A DNA stretch of 64,000 bases from an uncultured Candidatus Rokubacteria bacterium (lineage in GTDB: Bacteria; Methylomirabilota; Methylomirabilia; Rokubacteriales; DASRDR01). The notes under the pieces are model-generated. The model saw only the letters and a program-made list of their open reading frames with translations, was not told the origin of the DNA and did not search any database. The position numbers were made by a program, and so were the translations under genes. The DNA is taken from NCBI GenBank assembly GCA_963708025.1, contig CAVPSB010000018.1:480001-544000 (forward strand). The letters run 5' to 3'. Of the stretch, positions 50,295-60,724 are shown piece after piece; positions within the stretch are counted from its first letter, which is position 1, and each line of letters begins with the position of its first letter.

Positions 50295-51331
50295 CCGACG
50301 GGCCCGCCACGCGGCGTCACCCACCGTCGGAGCCACCCCACCCACTGGTCCCGTCCGTAGATCAGCCCCAGCAGCCCGCCCGGGGCGACGAGCAGCACGG
50401 CCAGGACTCCGACGGCAAAGGCCAGCGCACCGGACACGCCCACATTCGAGCCGGCCTCGTTGACCAGGAGCACGACCGCCGCTCCAAGCACGCAACCCCA
50501 GGCGCTCTGTGCCCCGCCGATGATGGGAATGAAGATCACCGTGAAGACGATGGCCAGGGTGAAGGACTCGGGAATGATGAACTGGTTCACCAGGGCGATG
50601 AACACGCCGCCCAGGCAGGCGATCGCCGCGCCGACGCCGAGGCTCACCACGCGGCTGAGTTCGGTCGGAAACCCGCAGGCTTCGGCGGCGACCGACGCAT
50701 CCCGCTGGAGGCGAAGACCGATCCCCCACACGGAATCGCGCAGGCGGTTGACTCCGATGGCCAGCAGCCAGACGAGAACGAGACCGGCGACCAGCAATGC
50801 CCGGCGCTCGACCCGCAGCCCGAACACCTCGAGGCGTGGAATGTTCCCGACCCCAGTGGATCCGCCGGTCAGCCAGTCGGCCTGGACCAGGAACCGGTCA
50901 CTGGCCTGGGCCACGGCCAGGGTCGCCACGGCCAGGTGGTAACCGGTCAGCCCCTTGGACACGAACCCGATGACGGCGGCGACCAGCGCCGCCGCGACGA
51001 TCGCCACCGGGACCGACACGAGGGGCGAGGCGCCGGTGTGCGGTGCGAGCAGCGCGACCGCATAGGCGCCGACGGCAAAGTACGTGTTGTAGGCGATCGA
51101 GAGGCTGCCGCTGAGGACGAGCGGGATGTACATGCCGAGTGCAACCAGAGCGTAGACGCAGCCGAACGTGATCATGTCCTGCCGGTAGAGGTCGTGGCCC
51201 ATCCAGCCGAAGTACAGCAGGCCGAGACACACCGCGCCGATGAGCGCCTCCCGCCGACGCCGACGCAGCGCCGCGGAGAGCGCGCGGTCCCCCTCCCGTC
51301 CCGGCGCGACGACTCCGGCCGGATCGCTCAC
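50291..51331 (-). CDS. HAAT ABC permease (LivM-like)
   Basis: Multiple TMs, WLTGGSTG. Confidence 0.9.
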   Translation of the reverse strand: MSDPAGVVAPGREGDRALSAALRRRRREALIGAVCLGLLYFGWMGHDLYRQDMITFGCVYALVALGMYIPLVLSGSLSIAYNTYFAVGAYAVALLAPHTGASPLVSVPVAIVAAALVAAVIGFVSKGLTGYHLAVATLAVAQASDRFLVQADWLTGGSTGVGNIPRLEVFGLRVERRALLVAGLVLVWLLAIGVNRLRDSVWGIGLRLQRDASVAAEACGFPTELSRVVSLGVGAAIACLGGVFIALVNQFIIPESFTLAIVFTVIFIPIIGGAQSAWGCVLGAAVVLLVNEAGSNVGVSGALAFAVGVLAVLLVAPGGLLGLIYGRDQWVGWLRRWVTPRGGPVG

Positions 51332-52191
51332 TCGCGCACCACCTTCGCCAGCAGCCCATGCGGCCGGAGGCGGAACACGATCAGGATCACCAGGAGCAAC
51401 AGGTACTCACGGATGGAGGCGCCGATGACCCGCGCGCCGACCGTCTCGGTCAGGCCAATCACGCTGCCCCCCAGCAGCGGTCCCCAGGTGGACGCGGCGC
51501 CACCGACCACCAGCGCGAGAAACCCGGTCAGCGCCAGGCCGAAGCCCGAGTGGAACGAGAGCGGTGAGGCGCCGGCGAGGAGCATGCCCGCCAGCGCACA
51601 GACCGCTCCCCCGAGCCCGACCGCGAGGTAGCGGATCCCGCCGACGGGCAGGCACAGCAGCACGGCGGCGTCCCAGTTGTCACCCACCGCCGAGAGCAAT
51701 CGGCCTCGCCGCCCGTAGTTCTGCCAGAGCTCGACGGCGCCGTCAACGCGACCGCGACCGCCACCGTCAGCAGGCTGTGGAGCGTGAATGTGGTGCCCGC
51801 CGACCAGGACGGCACCGTTGACGATCGGCCCCCCCAGCACCGCGCGGGCGGAGAAGATCTGGCGGGTGACCTGGATGATCACGAAGAACGCGGCGGTCAA
51901 CCCGAGCACCACGCCGAAGTGACCCGTCTCACGCCCCTGGATCGGCCGCGTCACCGCCAGGTCGGTCACCGTCGCCAGCGCCACCGAGACGAGCAACACC
52001 AGCCCGGCCGCCACGCCGAATGGCAGCGTTTGCCCCCAGGTGGCGTACGCCACCCCGGCGAACCCGACGAAGCTTCCAACCGCGAAATTGTACGTCCGGG
52101 TCGCCTGGAGAATCAGGAGATACGCCAGCCCGATCAGCCCGTAGAGCGCACCGGAAACAAGCCCCTCCCAGATGACCGAGAACTCGGTCAC
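51328..52191 (-). CDS. HAAT ABC permease (LivH-like), with two compensating frameshifts at ~51730-51800
   Basis: SGALYGLIGL, RPHGLL; TM segment FTLHSLLTVAVAVALT lies in an alternative frame. Confidence 0.82.
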   Translation of the reverse strand: MTEFSVIWEGLVSGALYGLIGLAYLLILQATRTYNFAVGSFVGFAGVAYATWGQTLPFGVAAGLVLLVSVALATVTDLAVTRPIQGRETGHFGVVLGLTAAFFVIIQVTRQIFSARAVLGGPIVNGAVLVGGHHIHAPQPADGGGRGRVDGAVELWQNYGRRGRLLSAVGDNWDAAVLLCLPVGGIRYLAVGLGGAVCALAGMLLAGASPLSFHSGFGLALTGFLALVVGGAASTWGPLLGGSVIGLTETVGARVIGASIREYLLLLVILIVFRLRPHGLLAKVVRE

Positions 52192-52204
52192 GCCCCGCCG
52201 CTCT

Positions 52205-53452
52205 CTACTTCTGAAGCGACGGCTGGTACGCGGGCCAGAGCTTGGACGGCTTCTGGCCGGCGAACTCCACCAGGACGATGGACCCGCTGGTCGCGCCGTT
52301 GTGGTCGGCCGGCGAGTAGTTCACGGTGTACCCGCGCTGACCGAATCCGGCCGGAAAGTTCCGGACCTGCTCGAGCGCGCCTTTGACGGCAGGCCCCGAC
52401 GTCCGCCCGGCGTCCTCCATCGCCCGTTTCAGCAAGAGCAGGGACGTCAGGTCCATGGGATGGATCGAGAGAAATGGGGCATCCTTGCCGTGAACCGACC
52501 GGAATTGCTCGGCGAACACCTTCGCCTCGGGATCTTCCGGTGACAGATAGTCCACGACGACCGTCCCGTTGACCGCCGGCCCCGCCAGCTTCCAGGTCTC
52601 CGGAGAGGCGATGAGGCCACCCATGGCGAACAGCGGGGCGCCGATCCCGGACGTCTGGTACGCCTTCATGAACAGGGCGCTCTCCGCCGGCGGGGTCACG
52701 AGGTTCAGCACCGCCCGCGGCTGCGCCTGCCGAACCCGCAACAGCTGGCCGGCCAGCTCCCGAGCGCCCGCCGGGACGACCTCGTCGGCGACGACCCGGA
52801 CCCCCGCCTGGCCGAACTTGGCCTTGAACGTGTCGGCCTGGGTCTTCACCGCTCCCGAGTCGTCCCGGACGATCGCGATGGCCGAGTAGTCGCGCGCTTT
52901 CAAGGCCGCGATGAGCTGCTCGGCCTGAACGTCGAAGGATGGCGCCAGCGTGAAGACATACGCGTTGTTCGGCGGCTTGACGATCGCGAGTGCCGCCACC
53001 GACACCCCGATGCACACGATCTGCGCTTCCTCGCAGACGAGGCGGGCCTGGAGGGTGTCCGGCGAGGTCGTGGTCACGACGATGGCTTGCGCGCCACTGC
53101 TGGCCAGGCGACGGGCCTTGGAAAGCGCCTGGTTGGGATCGGCCTGGGTGTCTTCGAACATCAGCTGAATCGGGCGACCGAGGATCCCGGGTTTACCGGA
53201 CGTGGCGGGCGGTGCGCCGTGGAAGAACCGGCCGCCATTGATCGCGTCGGCCGCCATCTTCAGTGCCTTCACGTGCTCCTGGGAGATGAAGGTGACGACG
53301 CCGGACCGGTCTTCGAGCACCCCGATCTTGACCGGTTCTCCGGTCACGGTCTGGCCGCCGGCCGGACTGTTCGGTGCTGCCAGCGCAATCGCCAGCGCGG
53401 CGATCAGGACGGATCTTCGGAACGCCACGCTCGACCCGATCATCGCCCTCAT
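52205..53452 (-). CDS. HAAT ABC substrate-binding protein
   Basis: Signal peptide, EPVKIGVL, GILGRPIQL..EDTQADP. Confidence 0.9.
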   Translation of the reverse strand: MRAMIGSSVAFRRSVLIAALAIALAAPNSPAGGQTVTGEPVKIGVLEDRSGVVTFISQEHVKALKMAADAINGGRFFHGAPPATSGKPGILGRPIQLMFEDTQADPNQALSKARRLASSGAQAIVVTTTSPDTLQARLVCEEAQIVCIGVSVAALAIVKPPNNAYVFTLAPSFDVQAEQLIAALKARDYSAIAIVRDDSGAVKTQADTFKAKFGQAGVRVVADEVVPAGARELAGQLLRVRQAQPRAVLNLVTPPAESALFMKAYQTSGIGAPLFAMGGLIASPETWKLAGPAVNGTVVVDYLSPEDPEAKVFAEQFRSVHGKDAPFLSIHPMDLTSLLLLKRAMEDAGRTSGPAVKGALEQVRNFPAGFGQRGYTVNYSPADHNGATSGSIVLVEFAGQKPSKLWPAYQPSLQK

Positions 53453-53480
53453 GTCGGTCCCCCGTACGCGAGAACGTGAG

Positions 53481-54291
53481 TTACACGGTCAACCATCCGC
53501 CGTCGGGGCTGATGGTTTGCCCCGTCACGAACGACGCCTCATCCGAGCAGAGGAAAGTCACCAGCGCGGCGACTTCCTCGGCCCGGCCAAGTCGCTTCAT
53601 GGGCGTCTGTCTCTTGATCGCCGCTTGCATCCCCGGCGGCATGAAACGCTGGAGTATCGGCGTATCGATGTAGCCCGGGGCCACCGCGTTGACACGAATC
53701 CCCTGCGCCGCCACCTCCTTGGCCAGGGCACGCGTGAAGCCCAGCACGCCGGCCTTCGCCGCCGAGTAGTGCGCCAGCCCCGCGCCGCCGGCGATCCCGT
53801 GGATCGACGAGATGTTGACGATCGCGCCGGCCCTGGCGGGGCAACATGTCGCGCAAGGCGGCCCGGGTGCAGTAGAAGGTCCCATCCAGGTAGCATGCGA
53901 TCTCCCGGCGCCACTGGGCGTCGGTCAGACGGGACGTGGTGTCGAGAAGCGGCGAAGGTTGGTCTTCCGTCTCGGCGCGAATCTGCCGGTCACGAGTCTG
54001 GAGAGCCTCCGCGGTCTCCTCGGTCGGGCCCCCGGCGTTGTTGACGAGAATGTCGATCCCGCCGAGCTGCCGGCAGACCTCGGCGAAGCCGGCGTTGACC
54101 GCCGCCGAATCGGCGACGTCGGCTACGATCGGAACCGCTCCCGGAAGGCTGCTCGCGACGCGGGTCGCACGCTCGGCGACGATGTCGAGGACCGCCACGC
54201 GGGCGCCCTCTTGCGCGAACCGGCGACAGGTGGCCTCGCCGATTCCCGAGCCACCTCCGGTCACGATTGCTCGCTTTCCCTCGAGAAGCAC
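53481..54291 (-). pseudogene. SDR oxidoreductase with one frameshift at ~53835 (or sequencing error)
   Basis: TGGGSGIG in one frame; GAIVNISS/YSAAK in the next. Confidence 0.85.
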
Positions 54292-54407
54292 GCTCGCCCC
54301 TCACCGTTGAGGTCGGCACCGCGACGGCTCACGTGCCGCGACCTGCCGCCCGTGATCCGGAGTCAGCCCGGGGTCGGTCGTCGCCCGAAGCGCCCTGTGA
54401 GGCTTTC

Positions 54408-54454
54408 GACCGACCGGTCGGTCCATCCTGCCTGTCGGCAAGACCGGCTGTCAA
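54408..54454 (-). promoter_or_regulatory. Promoter (TTGACA-18-CAGGAT) plus perfect palindromic operator GACCGACCGGTCGGTC
   Basis: -35 at 54449-54454; palindrome 54408-54423. Confidence 0.75.
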
Positions 54455-54614
54455 GGCGGGCGGTGAAAGGCAGGTGGCGGGCCCCTTCGAGGTATGAGCC
54501 AGGGTCGAGGGCACGCGCAAGCGGGGCTTGTTGGTCGTCGCGAGCGATCCGCCCAGCTGGGGTGCCGCCGGTTCGAGCGACCCCCTGAAACGCGGAGTGT
54601 CGTGGTCCCGGACT

Positions 54615-54860
54615 CTATGGGTGGCCAGGCACCCGACCTTCGGCGCGCTCAGGCTCGGCCGCCGGCTCTCGAGTTGGGTCGGATGGAGGCGCGTCGCCGA
54701 GACACGGCATGGAACAGTCGGGGTCGCTGCACCCGATGAGTCCCACCGGGCTTCCGCCGAACGTGAGGTAACGGATCTGAACTTCTCGCCCGGCCCAGGG
54801 GCAGCGGATGGTGGCCGTGCCCACTCGGCTCACGTACCAGGGAACGAAGGCTCCGATCAT
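54615..54860 (-). CDS. Small Cys-rich hypothetical protein
   Basis: IRCPW..EV....GCS..C..PCL; GAGGAG RBS. Confidence 0.5.
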   Translation of the reverse strand: MIGAFVPWYVSRVGTATIRCPWAGREVQIRYLTFGGSPVGLIGCSDPDCSMPCLGDAPPSDPTREPAAEPERAEGRVPGHP

Positions 54861-55068
54861 CGCCCTCTCCTCTCGATCTACGGCTTCCCCGCCACAGGCG
54901 GGTTTGAAGCTGGGCACCCGTCGAACTCGCCGGGTTCCGTGCATGGGCCATGCCCGGGGGCAGGCCGACGAGAGGACGAGGAATTCGCGCCGTTTCGGAG
55001 GATCCGGTCGCGAGGCCCTGGGGCGCCGGCGTCCCAGGAGGGGCTCCGGCGCCGCAGGTGGCGACGGG

Positions 55069-56654
55069 CTAGCTGACCTCGCGGTCCCGGCCCTCCCAGT
55101 AGGGCGCGCGCAGCACGCGCTTGAGCACCTTGCCCGACGGGTTCCGCGGGAGGGCGTCCACGAAATCCACGGACTTCGGCACCTTGTAGCCCGCGATGTG
55201 CTGGCGCGCGAAGGCCATCAACTCTTCCGGGGTGACGTCGAACCCCGCCTGCCGGACCACGACCGCCTTGACCGCCTCGCCCCACCGCGAATCGGGCACC
55301 CCGATCACCGCGACGTCCGCCACTGCGGGGTGCCCGAAGAGCGCGTTCTCCACCTCGGCCGGGTACACGTTCTCGCCGCCAGAGACGATCATGTCCTTCA
55401 CGCGGTCGTGGATGTAGAGGTAGCCGTCGGCGTCCAGATAGCCCGCGTCACCCGTGTGGAACCATCCCCCCCGCAGGGCGTCGGCGGTCTCCTCGGGCAG
55501 GTTCCAGTACCCCTTCGTCACCTGCGGGGACCGGCAGACGACCTCGCCCACCTCCCCCGGTGGCAGGGGCGTGCCGTCGCGCGCGACGATCCGGATCTCG
55601 GCCGTGGCGAGTGCCGCGTCCACAGGAGCGCATCCGCGGGCTCCCTTCCGGCGTGTGGTCCGCCGGTGGAAGGTAGGTGATGGCCCCCGTCGTCTCGGTG
55701 AGGCCGTATCCCTGCCCCAGCTGGCACCGGAAGGTCGCGAGCGACGCGCGGAGCAGGTCGAGGGGGATGGGCGAGGCGCCGTAGAGGATCAGGTCGAGGC
55801 TCGAGAAGTCGGTCTCCGCGCAGGCGGGATTCTGCAGCAGCAGCTGCATGACCGCCGGGACGAACAGCGCCTTGGTGACCCGCTCGACAGGGATGGCGCG
55901 GAGGATCTCGGCCGGCAGCACCTCGCGCACGACGACGATCCGCGCGCCGGCGTAGAACCCGACGAGGGCCCAGCCACTCCCGCCGATGTGGAAGATCGGC
56001 ATGCAGACCAGCACGACGTCCTCGGGAATCCAGCGTCGGCCCCACTCTCGTGTCGCCACCGGGAAATGCGACAGGAGATTCGTGTGGGTGATCTGCGCGC
56101 CCTTGGGGCGCCCGGTGGTGCCGCTCGTGTACATCTGCAAGGCCACGTCGTCCGGCGCGACGGGAAGCTGCGGATCGTGGTCGGCCTGGCGGTCCCGCCA
56201 CGCGGAGTATCGCTCCCACTGAGCCGGACTCCGGCGGGGCCGCGACGTCGGGCGCTCCCTCCGTCAGCGCGACGATCCGCCGCACCGTCCGCAGCTCACC
56301 ACGGATCTTCGCGATGACGGGGAAGAACTCCGGCCCCACGAACAGGATCTCGGTCGCCGCGTCGTTCAGGACGTAGGCGACCTCGGGCGGCGCCAGCCGC
56401 CAGTTCACGGCGACCAGCGCCACTCTCGCCTTGGCGGCCCCGAACAGGATCTCGAAGAAGGCGTCGGAGTTCTTGTCGAGCACGGCCACGCGCGCCTGAG
56501 GGGCGAGTCGGTCGGCGAGGAGTCCCTGGGCCACCCGGCTCGCGCGCCGGTCCAGTTCGCCATAGGTGGTCCGCCGAGCGCCGCTGACGAGCGCGACGTG
56601 ATCCGGCCGGACACCGGCGTGGTGGCGGCTGATCCCGGCGACGGTCTGCTCCAT
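55069..56654 (-). pseudogene. Long-chain fatty acid-CoA ligase with frameshifts at ~56210 and ~55620 (or errors)
   Basis: YTSGTTGRPKG, YGLTET and GWFHTGD..DRVKDMIVSGGEN; the domain spans three frames. Confidence 0.88.
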
Positions 56655-56852
56655 CGCCACTCCTGCGGCCTCGCCTCGGGGGCATCCGGGTTCGTGGCAG
56701 CAGTCGGCGCACCGCCGACGCGGTCCGGATGCGCGGTAGGATATCACGGCCGAATGGTGCGGCTCGGCCACCGCGTGCTAGACTGACGCGGCGACGATCT
56801 CGATCGGACACGTCAGCGGCAGGCGGGACCGTCACGAACACGAGGCACATCG

Positions 56853-57626
56853 ATGAGCCAGGCCGTCGATCCCGGCGCGCTGTTCCGTCTGGACGGCCGC
56901 GTCGCCCTGGTCACGGGCGCCTCCAGCGGCCTCGGCACGCGGTTCGCGCGTGTGCTCCATGCCGCCGGCGCCGACGTGGTCCTCGCTGCCCGGCGGATGG
57001 AGCGGATCGAGGCACTGGCGCGTGAGCTGGGCCGTGCGCTTCCGATTGCCTGCGACGTCGCGGAGCCCGCCGACCTCGAGCGGCTCGTCGCGGCCGCACT
57101 CGACCGCGGCGGGCGCATCGACGTCCTCGTCAACAACGCGGGGATCGGGGGCCTGGCTCCGGCAGAACAGGAGCCGATGGAGCAGTTCCGCCATGTGCTG
57201 GAAGTGAACCTGACCAGCGCGTTCGCCCTGACCCAGCTGGTCGCCCGCTCGATGCTCGCGCAGCAGCGGGGGTCGGTGATCAACGTGGCGTCGGTGCTGG
57301 GTCTGGTGGCCAGCGGCCGGCTCCCCCAGGCCAGCTACGCGGCCAGCAAAGGCGGCCTCGTGAGCCTGACGCGCGAGCTGGCCGCCCAGTGGGCCCGCAG
57401 GGGCGTGCGGGTGAACGCCATCGCGCCCGGCTGGTTCCCCAGCGAGATGACGGCGCCCTTACTCGAGGACGAGCGCTCGAGCACGTGGATCCGCCGCAAC
57501 ACCCCCATGGGCCGCCCGGGAGAGCCCCACGAGCTGGATGGTGCTCTCCTGTTCCTGGCCGGCGACGCCAGCAGCTACGTGACCGGGCAAACGATCGTGG
57601 TCGACGGAGGATGGGTCGCCGTGTAG
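56853..57626 (+). CDS. SDR oxidoreductase (gluconate 5-DH-like)
   Basis: TGASSGLG, YAASKGG, PGWFPSEMT. Confidence 0.93.
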   Translation: MSQAVDPGALFRLDGRVALVTGASSGLGTRFARVLHAAGADVVLAARRMERIEALARELGRALPIACDVAEPADLERLVAAALDRGGRIDVLVNNAGIGGLAPAEQEPMEQFRHVLEVNLTSAFALTQLVARSMLAQQRGSVINVASVLGLVASGRLPQASYAASKGGLVSLTRELAAQWARRGVRVNAIAPGWFPSEMTAPLLEDERSSTWIRRNTPMGRPGEPHELDGALLFLAGDASSYVTGQTIVVDGGWVAV

Positions 57627-57647
57627 CGTCGCGCGGTCACGTCGCGA

Positions 57648-58656
57648 CTAGCCGCCGGGGGCCAGCGCACGGACCGCGTCCGCGAGGACCTGCCGCTTCC
57701 GGGCGGGATCCCGCTCCGCCGTGGAAAGCGAGAGAAACACGGTGTCCACGCCCGCGTCCATGTAGCGCTGCACGTGCGACCGGATCTCCTCCATCGATCC
57801 CCGCAGGAACAGGTCGTCGACCACCTGCTGCGGGACGGCGGCCACGGCTCCCTTCCGGTCACCGCTGGCCCATGCGTTCCACATGGGCGCGAGCAGCTCC
57901 GCCCGTCCCAGCCACTCATGGAACGATCTGTACACGGGAACGTTGAGATAGGCAGCGATGTGTCGCCGCACGAGCAGGTCGGAGGCGGGGCCCGGCGGAT
58001 CCAGGTCGACCAGGACCCGGGCGGTGATCTCGATGGCCCCGGCATCCCTGCCCTTCGCGAGGGCAGCCTCACGCACCACCCGGATGGACTGCTGGACGTC
58101 GCCAACCGACAGCCAGTTCAGGATGACACCGTCGCCCACCTCGCCGGCGACGCCCAGCATTCCCGGCCGGAGAGCCGCAACGTAGATCGGAACGGGCTGC
58201 GCGGGCGGGCGACTGAGCCGAAATCCCTCGACGGCGAACTCCGCCCCGTGAAACACGACGCGCTCGCCCGCCAGCGCGAGCCGCAGGAACTGCACCATCT
58301 CACGAGCTCGCGTCGCGGGCCGCCGGAAGGCTCCGCCGTTCCACGCTTCGACGATCGGCTGCGAGCCGGCGCCGATTCCCAGACAGAACCGGCCGGGCGC
58401 GATTTCGGCGAGGCCAGCGGCGCACGATGCCAGAGTCGCCGGGCCACGGGTGAACACGTTCGCGATGGCGGTTCCGACGCGCAGGTGCGTGGTCATGCCG
58501 ACGACGGCCAGAGGCGAAAAGCAGTCGGTCCCGTTCAACTTCGAACGACCAGGCGTCGGTGTATCCGAGGCGTTCGGCTTCTTCCGCGATCTCACGGTGC
58601 TCCGCCAGCGAGTATCCGTCGAGTGGCACCGAGAGCGACCAGCGCTTGTTGCCCAT
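57648..58656 (-). pseudogene. LLM-class F420-dependent oxidoreductase with one frameshift at ~58535 (or error)
   Basis: AEEAERLGYTDAWSFEV / NGTDCFSPLA..RVGTAIANVFTRGP. Confidence 0.85.
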
Positions 58657-58878
58657 CTCTCCGCTCCTCGTGGGACATCGGTCTCCGGGTGCACGGGCCC
58701 TCCTCGAGCATCGCACGTGACGGACCACGATGTGGTCCGTCGTCGTAGCGCCTCCGGAGCCCGCCACGCGGAACGGGCCATGGATTCGACGCCGCCGATC
58801 TGCCCATAGTACGTTAGTCTTCCGGGAGCGGGAGTGGGCCGCCTGGCGGAAAGCGTCGGACGAAGCGGAGAGGTCGCC

Positions 58879-59751
58879 ATGGAACCCAGAGTGGCGCGTT
58901 TCGAGGGCTTCGGAGGCATTCACCTCGCCGCCGACGTGTGGGGTGACGACGCCGCCTGGCCGGTCGTGCTCCTCCACGGAGGCGGTCAGACACGGCACGC
59001 CTGGGGGAGCACGGCCCGGGCGCTGGCCGAAAACGGCTGGAAGGCAGTCGCCCTCGACCTGCGCGGCCATGGTGAGAGCGAATGGGCGATCAACGGCGAC
59101 TACTCGTTCACCGCCTTCGGGGCCGACTGCCTGGCTGTCGTCGACCAACTCGGTCGAGCGCCGGTCCTGGTCGGGGCCTCGCTCGGGGGCATCTCGGTGA
59201 TCCTCGCCGAGGGCGTCAGCGACCGGCAGGTATCGCAGGGGCTGGTCGTCGTCGACGTGGCCCATCGCACCAACCGCGCCGGTGTCAACCGCATCCAGAC
59301 GTTCATGCGATCCGGGCTCCAGGGCTTCGCGACGCTCGAGGACGCCGCCGACGCGATTGCCGCCTACACGCCGCACCGACTGAAGCGGGTGAACCCGGCT
59401 GGACTGATGAAGGTCCTGCGACTGCGACGGGATGGCCGATGGTACTGGCACTGGGATCCGAGGTTCCTCGAGGCCCGTCGCTCGGAGGTCCCGGCCGACG
59501 AGTACCAGCCCCTCCTCGAGGCGGCGCTCGCGAACATCCGCGTCCCGACGTTGCTGGTGAGAGGCCGGCTCAGCGACGTCGTCACCGACGACGGGGCTCG
59601 CGACTTTCTCGACAAGGTGCCGACCGCCAAGGAGGTCCACATCAGCAATGCCGCGCACATGGTGGCCGGCGACCAGAACGATGCCTTCTCCAGCGCGGTC
59701 GTTGAGTTTCTCGAGAACGACATTCGCCCGACCCTACCGAGTCGCAGGTAG
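58879..59751 (+). CDS. Alpha/beta hydrolase
   Basis: HGGGQTRHAW, GASLGG, WHWDP, HMVAGDQN. Confidence 0.92.
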   Translation: MEPRVARFEGFGGIHLAADVWGDDAAWPVVLLHGGGQTRHAWGSTARALAENGWKAVALDLRGHGESEWAINGDYSFTAFGADCLAVVDQLGRAPVLVGASLGGISVILAEGVSDRQVSQGLVVVDVAHRTNRAGVNRIQTFMRSGLQGFATLEDAADAIAAYTPHRLKRVNPAGLMKVLRLRRDGRWYWHWDPRFLEARRSEVPADEYQPLLEAALANIRVPTLLVRGRLSDVVTDDGARDFLDKVPTAKEVHISNAAHMVAGDQNDAFSSAVVEFLENDIRPTLPSRR

Positions 59752-59928
59752 GCTCGGGTAGGTCCAGCGTGCCGTCTTGGTACGAAGTCACGACCGCGAG
59801 GGCTTCTGGACCGCACCCGGAGACGCAGCCCGCGCCCGGAGGCGCATGTCCTTGTCTGTCCTACGGCACCAGCTCATCGAGAGCCCGCGGCTTGCGGACG
59901 GTCTTACAGGACGAGAGGAGAACGGAGC

Positions 59929-60039
59929 ATGAGTGACGGCGCTGCCCGGTGGCGCGAACAGATCTACGAGGCCTCCGTCCGGAGAAGCCCCGAACGCGAG
60001 GTGATTTCTAGCGAGATTACGATCGGGAGCTTCGGCCAT
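59929..60039. pseudogene. Convergent N-terminal stubs: methylmalonyl-CoA mutase-like (+) and GlpX-like (-)
   Basis: MSDGAARWREQIYEASVRRSPERE from 59929 (+); MAEAPDRNLA from 60039 (-); both have an RBS. Confidence 0.35.
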
Positions 60040-60609
60040 GATCTGAGACCCTCCTCGGCGTCGGGTGGTCGGCCGGGCTGCGGCCTCTCCCGTCGTCAGC
60101 TCCGCTCTCGCCGGATCTCCTCGGCCATGCGCAGGGCCTGCATCATCCGTTGGGCCCATCGACGCAGTCTCGGTTCCTGAGGGCGGTGAAACCGCTGCGC
60201 GCGGGGGTGGTGGGCATCACGTCTGTCCTTCGCTAAAACCGCGTCTGGTGGGCGGTCGGTCCGAAGCAGGGCAGTCAGCATCCTCGGGCCATCGGCCCCG
60301 CCACATCAAGCGCTGGATCTCAGCGTGGGACGGGTGGCGGCCGGATGGAAGAGTGCCGGGCGTAGGGCGTTGGTGGTGGTGGGCCGGGCCGGGCGCGGTT
60401 GGATCATGCCGCCCGCCGAACGGACCGGGAGCAGGCCCTCGGCTTCGGGAATCTGCACGGCCGTGCCAGCCTCCGACCGCTCGATGGGTCGCACGTCGGG
60501 CGCATCCTTCTCGAAGCCGGTGGAGCAGCGTGCCGATCATGGGACGGCGATTGTCTCCGGATCAGAGCTGAAAGATCAACCGCTTGTCCGCCGGACGGGG
60601 TTTGGCGAA

Positions 60610-60715
60610 GGACACGCCCATGTTGCGGTGGGATGTCGGGTCACCCGAACCTGCGGACATCTCCCGGGTCTCGTGGTGCAGGACAAAGAAGACGTACAGC
60701 GCTCTGAAGCGGAAT
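60610..60715 (-). mobile_element. Integrase-core (rve) transposase internal fragment
   Basis: IRFRALYVFFVLHHETRE...VRVTRHPTATW. Confidence 0.6.
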
Positions 60716-60724
60716 CGGACGGGT

